Positions 58,072 to 64,000 of a DNA stretch of 64,000 nucleotides are shown one piece after another. The DNA is from an uncultured Gammaproteobacteria bacterium (GTDB taxonomy: Bacteria; Patescibacteriota; Microgenomatia; UBA10105; UBA927): assembly GCA_964527425.1 (NCBI GenBank), contig CAZGOA010000006.1:13928-77927 (forward strand), given 5' to 3'. Under the pieces are notes generated by a model. The model was not told the DNA's origin, ran no database searches, and saw only the letters and a program-made list of their open reading frames with translations. The position numbers were made by a program, and so were the translations under genes. Within the stretch, counting starts at the first letter, position 1. Each line of letters opens with the position of its first letter.

Positions 58072-59376
58072 TTAGACCTTTTGGGATTTCATAAACGAGT
58101 GAATTGTATTGACAACATACGAACGCATCGTATTTGTTATACCGGGATATACTCCAATCCAAAACCCATCATTCATGATGCGGTCAGTATTGGTTAATGC
58201 TCCGACGACACGATACTGTTGGTGTTTCATAAATGCAGGATGTTTAAGTAAATTTCCCGCAAACAATCGTCTTGTTGCTATATGGTTTTTTTCAAGAAAG
58301 TCAATTAAATCATTACTTGTAAACGGTGCGGTAGGGGATACTAGTATCATAAAACCAAACCAACTTGGAACTGCCTCATTAAGATGTTTGGTGAAGTTTA
58401 GTAGTGGTTCATACTGTTGTAAATGTTTTTTATAGAATGCAAATGTCTCGTTTCTTCTTTTGATAAAATCTGGAAGTTTTTGAAGTTGAGCTAAGCCTAT
58501 TGCCGCCTGCATATCTGTTAATTTTAGATTATATCCAATTTGTGAATATATGTATTTATGATCATATCCATACGGTAGATTGCCTAATTTCCAGTCAAAT
58601 CTCCGGTTACAGGTATTATCTTTTCCTGTTTTGCACCAGCAGTCTCTGCCCCAATCTCTGAATTGTCTTACGCTTCTGGATACTAAAGAATTATTTGTTA
58701 CGACTGCACCACCTTCTCCCATAGTCATTTGGTGTGCCGGGTAAAATGAATATGTTGCAACATGACCAAATGTGCCTACTGGTTTACCTTGATAGGTTGC
58801 TCCTAATGCATCACAACAATCTTCTACTAACCATAAATTATGCTCTTTACACAAAGAGACTAGTTCTTTAAGCGGCATAGGATTTCCTAAAGCATGCGCC
58901 ATCATTATTGCCTTAGTTTTTGGGCTAATAGCTTTTCGTAGATTTTCTATTGAGACATTCTTTGTGTTTAAATCTACGTCAACAAATACTGGTATAAGTC
59001 TATTTTGGATAATGGGATTAACTGTCGTTGGAAATGACGCAGCAAGTGTAATAACTTCATCACCTGGTTTGAGCGCTTTATCGCCAAACACATCTGATGT
59101 AAGAGCTGATAACGCCAAGAGGTTTGCAGATGAACCAGAATTTGTTAATGATACTAATTTGCATCCACAAATCTTTGAAAATTCACGTTCAAACTGTTGT
59201 GCAAATGCTCCTTCTGTCCACCAACCATCTAAAACAGCTTGTGTGGCATTCATAATTTCTTCATGATCGAAAATCTTTCCAGAGACAGGTACGGTAGATG
59301 ATCCGGCAATAAAACGAGATGGCTTATGATTTTTTTTATAGTATGACGTAATGGATGATGACAATGTTTTGTTCAT
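58072..59376 (-). CDS. rfbH: CDP-4-keto-6-deoxyglucose 3-dehydrase (E1/DdhC)
   Basis: NSGSSANL, EDCCD, SFYPAH (His at the PLP-Lys position), DWGRDCWC......C, GYDHKY. Confidence 0.93.
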   Translation of the reverse strand: MNKTLSSSITSYYKKNHKPSRFIAGSSTVPVSGKIFDHEEIMNATQAVLDGWWTEGAFAQQFEREFSKICGCKLVSLTNSGSSANLLALSALTSDVFGDKALKPGDEVITLAASFPTTVNPIIQNRLIPVFVDVDLNTKNVSIENLRKAISPKTKAIMMAHALGNPMPLKELVSLCKEHNLWLVEDCCDALGATYQGKPVGTFGHVATYSFYPAHQMTMGEGGAVVTNNSLVSRSVRQFRDWGRDCWCKTGKDNTCNRRFDWKLGNLPYGYDHKYIYSQIGYNLKLTDMQAAIGLAQLQKLPDFIKRRNETFAFYKKHLQQYEPLLNFTKHLNEAVPSWFGFMILVSPTAPFTSNDLIDFLEKNHIATRRLFAGNLLKHPAFMKHQQYRVVGALTNTDRIMNDGFWIGVYPGITNTMRSYVVNTIHSFMKSQKV

Positions 59377-60338
59377 AGCATTGAATGCTCAGGTTTTTTG
59401 TCGAGATTAATAGTTTGCTTAATAATAAATCTTGGCCGGGCCTTTACTTCTAAAAAAATTTTAGCCAGATATTCTGCAATGACACTTAAGCTTAATAGCT
59501 GTACACCACCCAAAAACAGCGTTGCTATTAAAACTGTCGGTACACCAGGTGCACGTTGGTTAAAAACTAGTACCAAGAGTAAATTAAGAATAATAAATAA
59601 TATTGACATGATAGTAACAGAAAACCCTAAATAAGAAATCCATAGTAACGGTTGAAACGAGAAGTTTAAGATAATTTGTTTTGCCCACCATAATCCTTTA
59701 AAAAAACTCTCTGTTGATTGACCATGTATACGTGCTTGGCGGACATAGGGTATGCCTATTTGTTTAAATCCAACAAACGCTCTTAAACAGCGGACGAAAT
59801 AATCGTATTCCGGTATCCGTAATAATTCTTTTACAACCTGTTTGCTCATTAACGAGAATTCTCCAGCATCAAGGGGAACAGAAATGTATGCTAGTTTCTT
59901 AAGTAGGTAATAAAACGTTTTATAAGAAAGATTCCAAAAAAATCCATAGCCATCTCTTTTCGTTCTAATTCCGTACACTACATCATATCCAGCTTTCCAG
60001 GTTTGAATAAATGTAGGGATTATCTCAGGTGGATCTTGAATATCACCATGTAATAATACAACTGCATCGCCTGAAGCGTACGTCATACCCGCTAAAAAAC
60101 TTGGTTGAGGAGATCCAAAATTTCGACTCATTTTAATTACTTTAACTCGTTTGTCTTTTTTTGTTAATTTTGTGTAGATTGAATCTGAGTTATCGGTAGA
60201 ATCATTGTCAACAAAAATAATTTCTGGAGAATAATTTTTTAACTTTTTAAATATATTCACAATTCTTGAATACATTTCTTGAATATTCTCTTGTTCGTTG
60301 TAGCAGGTGATTACAATTGATAGTATTTCTCGTTTCAT
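59373..60338 (-). CDS. GT2 polyprenyl-phosphate glycosyltransferase (GtrB/ArnC-like)
   Basis: YNE, SRNFG, D.QDPPE, two C-terminal TMs, EY...I..EVK.RP. Confidence 0.9.
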   Translation of the reverse strand: MKREILSIVITCYNEQENIQEMYSRIVNIFKKLKNYSPEIIFVDNDSTDNSDSIYTKLTKKDKRVKVIKMSRNFGSPQPSFLAGMTYASGDAVVLLHGDIQDPPEIIPTFIQTWKAGYDVVYGIRTKRDGYGFFWNLSYKTFYYLLKKLAYISVPLDAGEFSLMSKQVVKELLRIPEYDYFVRCLRAFVGFKQIGIPYVRQARIHGQSTESFFKGLWWAKQIILNFSFQPLLWISYLGFSVTIMSILFIILNLLLVLVFNQRAPGVPTVLIATLFLGGVQLLSLSVIAEYLAKIFLEVKARPRFIIKQTINLDKKPEHSML

Positions 60339-61456
60339 GACCGTACTTTTAAGACCCGTCGTATCATTCTTGCAATATAATCTACTTCTTTTTCTTTTAA
60401 CATAACTCCACTTGGTAAATTTATACTGGAATACGAAACAGTATGAGCTTGAGGAGTCGGTATATGAGGAGTTTTATATAATTTGAAATCACTAATAGGA
60501 TAAAAAAATGCCCGGGTATCAATGAGTAAGTCTTTTAACTGCTTTCTCATCATGTCTCTATCGATGTGTAATGATTTATCTACTGTAATTGAAGTCATCC
60601 AAAAACTACTTGATACACCTTTTCGTTCAGGATTAAGACTTAATCCTTCAATACCATCCAGTCGCTCTTTATACCACGTATAAATTTTTTTCTTCCTCGC
60701 GATGAGATCATCAATATCTTCCAGTCTTGAAAGTCCCAGTGCTGCCTGAATATTAGACATCGGATACATATATCCTATGTCATTTATCCAAAATTGTCTT
60801 TGTAAATCAACGCCATGATCTACTAATGATAATGCTTTTTGGTACCAGTCTTTACGATTGGTAACAAACATGCCACCTTCCCCTATAGCCAACATTTTTG
60901 CTCCCTGGAAACTAAAGGCAGCACAATCGCCAATTGAACCTAATTGTTTACCATTTAAGGTGCTACCTAACCCTTCGCATGCGTCTTCTATGACGATTAA
61001 GTTGTGTTTTTTTGCAATGGTTAATATGCCATCCATATCTGCAACATTGCCGTATAAATGAACTGGCATGATTGCTTTTGTCTTTTTAGTAATATATGTT
61101 TCTACTTTGCTTACATCGATACTCCAGGTTTCTTTGTCAATATCAACCAGTACTGGTGTTGCTCCGCAATAATGTACTGCATTTGAACAGGCAACATACG
61201 TCATATCGGGTACGATAACTTCATCTCCAGGTTGAAGACCTGCCAGGACACATCCTAAATGCAGAGCAGAAGTACCAGTGGATACCGCTAGAGCATATTT
61301 AACGCCTAAATATTCTGCGAATTGTTTTTCGAATTTAGCGATATAGTCACTGTGATGAGTATTCCATCCATTTTTGGCCGCATCTTTTACATAAGCAAGA
61401 TCATGCGGAGAAATTTTGGGGCCAGCGGTTAGGATTAGCTTTTTAGGTGAAAACAT
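60335..61456 (-). CDS. DegT/DnrJ/EryC1/StrS sugar aminotransferase (perosamine synthase-like)
   Basis: GTSALH, PVHLYG, EDAC, SFQGAK..GEGG. Confidence 0.92.
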   Translation of the reverse strand: MFSPKKLILTAGPKISPHDLAYVKDAAKNGWNTHHSDYIAKFEKQFAEYLGVKYALAVSTGTSALHLGCVLAGLQPGDEVIVPDMTYVACSNAVHYCGATPVLVDIDKETWSIDVSKVETYITKKTKAIMPVHLYGNVADMDGILTIAKKHNLIVIEDACEGLGSTLNGKQLGSIGDCAAFSFQGAKMLAIGEGGMFVTNRKDWYQKALSLVDHGVDLQRQFWINDIGYMYPMSNIQAALGLSRLEDIDDLIARKKKIYTWYKERLDGIEGLSLNPERKGVSSSFWMTSITVDKSLHIDRDMMRKQLKDLLIDTRAFFYPISDFKLYKTPHIPTPQAHTVSYSSINLPSGVMLKEKEVDYIARMIRRVLKVRS

Positions 61457-61465
61457 ATAAGAATA

Positions 61466-62401
61466 TTAGTGTTTTTTTTGTAATACTTCAATTCTGTTTT
61501 TAATAGCATTACAAATAGAATTTACAGAAAGATGATTCACTTCTCGCATATATTCTTGAGGACCAATTGTTTTTGTAAATCTATCTGGTATACCAAAACG
61601 CAACACAGGAATTTGAATTGCGTTATCTGCTAAAGTTTCTAATACTGCGCTTCCTAGTCCTCCAATGATACTATGCTCTTCAAGTGTGACGAGGAGAGGA
61701 GTTTTAGCGGCAGCTTTCTTTATTGCTTCATTATCAAGTGGTTTAATCGTATGCATACTTATGAGTTGTGCATGTATATTTGTTGTTAATAATTGTTGTC
61801 TGACAAGATGTCCTGTTTCCAGCATCGTTGATGTTGCAATGATTGTTACGTCTTTACCTTCAGCCATTGATATTGCTTTTCCAATAGAAACGGTTTGATT
61901 TGATGAATGGAGTATAGGTTCTCCTTTTTTACCAATTCGAAGATATGTTGGTTGTGGATTGGTAAACAGCTGTTTGGTCAGTGCTTTTACTTCATGGGGA
62001 TCACCGGGTGCTAGAATTCTTAAGTTTGGAATGGTTCGTAGCATTCCTATATCCTCAAGAGCATGGTGTGTATGTCCGTAAGGTCCATATGAAAACCCAG
62101 CTCCAACCCCTACAATAGTAACTGGTAGATGTTGGTAACAAATATCATTACGAATTTGTTCAATATTGCGAATAGTAATAAAAGGAATGATGGAATAAAT
62201 AACAGGCAGGTAACCCTCACTTGCAAGTCCAGCTGCTATTCCTGTCATTGATTGTTCGATCATGCCACAGTTTATGTACTGATTTGGACATGCTTCTATT
62301 AAAGGCTCAAACACAGAAAACCCCAAATCTCCGGTTAAAAGAATTAAGCGTTTATCAGTTTTTGCTAATTCTAAGAATGTATTTGCAAACGTATTTCTCA
62401 T
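61466..62401 (-). CDS. Split transketolase, C-terminal subunit
   Basis: GDLG, GMIEQ, G.THH, EEH..IGGLG. Confidence 0.92.
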   Translation of the reverse strand: MRNTFANTFLELAKTDKRLILLTGDLGFSVFEPLIEACPNQYINCGMIEQSMTGIAAGLASEGYLPVIYSIIPFITIRNIEQIRNDICYQHLPVTIVGVGAGFSYGPYGHTHHALEDIGMLRTIPNLRILAPGDPHEVKALTKQLFTNPQPTYLRIGKKGEPILHSSNQTVSIGKAISMAEGKDVTIIATSTMLETGHLVRQQLLTTNIHAQLISMHTIKPLDNEAIKKAAAKTPLLVTLEEHSIIGGLGSAVLETLADNAIQIPVLRFGIPDRFTKTIGPQEYMREVNHLSVNSICNAIKNRIEVLQKKH

Positions 62402-63207
62402 AGTTTTTTTAGTAAATCAGTATATTCTTTTTCTGTTGGAGCTTTGTATTGTGAAGAAATTTGATTAATATGCTGAGGAACACCGCCTTTTCCTTTGATG
62501 GTTTTTGCTCGGATGACAGTTGGTTTATCCATTGTATGTTGAAAACTTCTGTATGCTTTTTCTAATTGAGCATACGAATGTCCGTTAACTGTGATAACGT
62601 TGCAACCGAAGCTTTTCAGTTTAGATGATAATGGATATGTGTTAAGAACGTCTTTTGTATATCCAAATCCTTGAAGCTTATTTTCGTCAATAATGACGAG
62701 TAAATTATCAAGTTTGTGGTGTGCTGCAAACAGGAAAGATTCCCAAGTGGTTCCTTCATTTAATTCTCCGTCGGAAATAATCACAATGGTTTTCCAATGT
62801 TGTTTTTTACGTTTTGCTGCGAGTGCAATACCTACAGCTAATGGCAGTCCATGTCCTAATGAACCCGAACTGTAATCTATTCCAGGAAGAGATCCTCTAA
62901 TAGGATGACCAGCTAACAATCCATTTTGTTGTTCATATCCCTTAAAGAGTTCTAACGGGAAATATCCTCTTCTTGCCAGTACTGCATACAGCGCTTTTGC
63001 ATCATGTCCTTTGGAGAAAACTACTCTATCTCTGGTTGGCATGTCGGGTTTTTGAGGGTTAATATCGAGAAGCTTAAAATAGAGAGAAACAAGTATTTCC
63101 ACACAAGATAAAGCTCCACCAGCATGTGCACTTTGGGCTGTAAAACTCATGGTAAGAATATCGTGGCGGATATGTTTTGAGATGTCTTCTAAATTTTTTA
63201 CGTTCAT
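62398..63207 (-). CDS. Split transketolase, N-terminal (TPP-binding) subunit
   Basis: H.GG.LS, SKGH, GSLGHG, SDGE..EG..WE. Confidence 0.93.
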   Translation of the reverse strand: MNVKNLEDISKHIRHDILTMSFTAQSAHAGGALSCVEILVSLYFKLLDINPQKPDMPTRDRVVFSKGHDAKALYAVLARRGYFPLELFKGYEQQNGLLAGHPIRGSLPGIDYSSGSLGHGLPLAVGIALAAKRKKQHWKTIVIISDGELNEGTTWESFLFAAHHKLDNLLVIIDENKLQGFGYTKDVLNTYPLSSKLKSFGCNVITVNGHSYAQLEKAYRSFQHTMDKPTVIRAKTIKGKGGVPQHINQISSQYKAPTEKEYTDLLKKL

Positions 63208-63301
63208 GATTTTGGTACAGTTACTCTACACTATTTTAGGCAAATTTCTAGGGGGAATCTATGGGTTTTAATAGAGTAAAAACATAATTAATAAATCGTA
63301 C

Positions 63302-64000
63302 TTATCGCACGATGTTTAGTAGTGTATCGACAACCATTTGAACTTCTTTTTTTGTTATCGCTGTGAAAACAGGCAGGCATACTGTTTCTTCTGAGGCAAG
63401 TTCTGTGTTGGGGAGTGATAAGGTTTTATACATACGTCTATATGGAGGTTGTAAATGAGCGGAGGGTATGCCTTGACGAATAACGATTCCGTTATCCAGC
63501 ATCTTTTGCATGACACGATTTCTTTTCCCTTTATACCCTTTTAACCGTACCTGGTAGGTCTGAAAGGTGTGGTGATATCCGTTGGGAACATAGGGTGGAG
63601 TAATAACGGGGTGATTGTCAAATGCCTGTGTGTACTGTTTTGCTACTTCCTGTCGTTTTTTCATGATGATATCGAGTTTATGAAATTGAGTTATGCCGAG
63701 TGCTGCATGGATATCACTCATACGGTAATTAAACCCTACAACGGGAAATTCTTCCGGAATGATTGTTTTGCTGGCATTGCGTGTTGCAACGGATACATTT
63801 GCTCCATGTGCTCTCATAATCGAAGCCAAATCTGCCCATTGTTTATTACGTGTTACTACTAAACCACCTTCTGCTGTCGTAATTGCTTTTCTGGGATGGA
63901 ATGAAAAAACGCCTATGTCTCCAAATGTGCCAGCATGTTTCTGTTTATACGTACTGCCGAATCCACATGCTGCATCTTCTAAAATGAGTAATTTGTGCTT
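63302..64000 (-). CDS. Second DegT-family aminotransferase (5' truncated by the window)
   Basis: The frame stays open to the window end and reads EDAACG...SFHPRKAITTAEGG. Confidence 0.88.
   Translation of the reverse strand, partial: KHKLLILEDAACGFGSTYKQKHAGTFGDIGVFSFHPRKAITTAEGGLVVTRNKQWADLASIMRAHGANVSVATRNASKTIIPEEFPVVGFNYRMSDIHAALGITQFHKLDIIMKKRQEVAKQYTQAFDNHPVITPPYVPNGYHHTFQTYQVRLKGYKGKRNRVMQKMLDNGIVIRQGIPSAHLQPPYRRMYKTLSLPNTELASEETVCLPVFTAITKKEVQMVVDTLLNIVR

Noticed and set aside
1197-63862. Many 60-140 aa ORFs nested in or antisense to long genes (e.g. 9795-10172, 14416-14829, 43034-43462)
   Set aside because: Shadow frames of well-supported genes, with no motifs or independent expression signals
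1-64000. CRISPR array, IS elements, retron/DGR, or alternative genetic code 25
   Set aside because: No spaced repeats, transposase or reverse transcriptase recognised; TGA ends conserved genes at the expected positions (e.g. radA)

Overview
This 64 kb window is AT-rich, gene-dense bacterial chromosome using the standard genetic code (TGA acts as stop). Gene content and style suggest a Patescibacteria/CPR, Microgenomates-like organism, which is an inference and not proven. 1-18 kb is mostly housekeeping: P2-type ATPase, KcsA-like channel, ABC exporter, RRM protein, DsbA, trxA-trxB, rpsA, radA and a PIN-TRAM protein. 17.7-18.5 kb is almost non-coding but highly organised: DnaA boxes, an orphan 59-63 aa ORF, and two divergent promoter-driven structured RNA candidates. 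18.5-64 kb is a very large extracytoplasmic glycosylation region. It holds 13 GT-C-like polytopic membrane proteins (a 14th, TMTC-like, lies at 7.7-9.4 kb), three candidate polyprenyl-phosphate-sugar donor synthases, and a CDP-sugar pathway (rfbF, RfbG-like dehydratase, rfbH, split transketolase, two aminotransferases, a formyltransferase-GNAT fusion). It is interrupted by rho, a LysM-M23 peptidase, two tRNA-Ala genes and a deoxynucleoside kinase. Many genes have a sigma70-type -10 box only 6-10 nt upstream of the ATG, pointing to widespread leaderless mRNA. I saw no CRISPR array, integrase or transposase. All family calls come from motif recognition by eye; no database searches were run.
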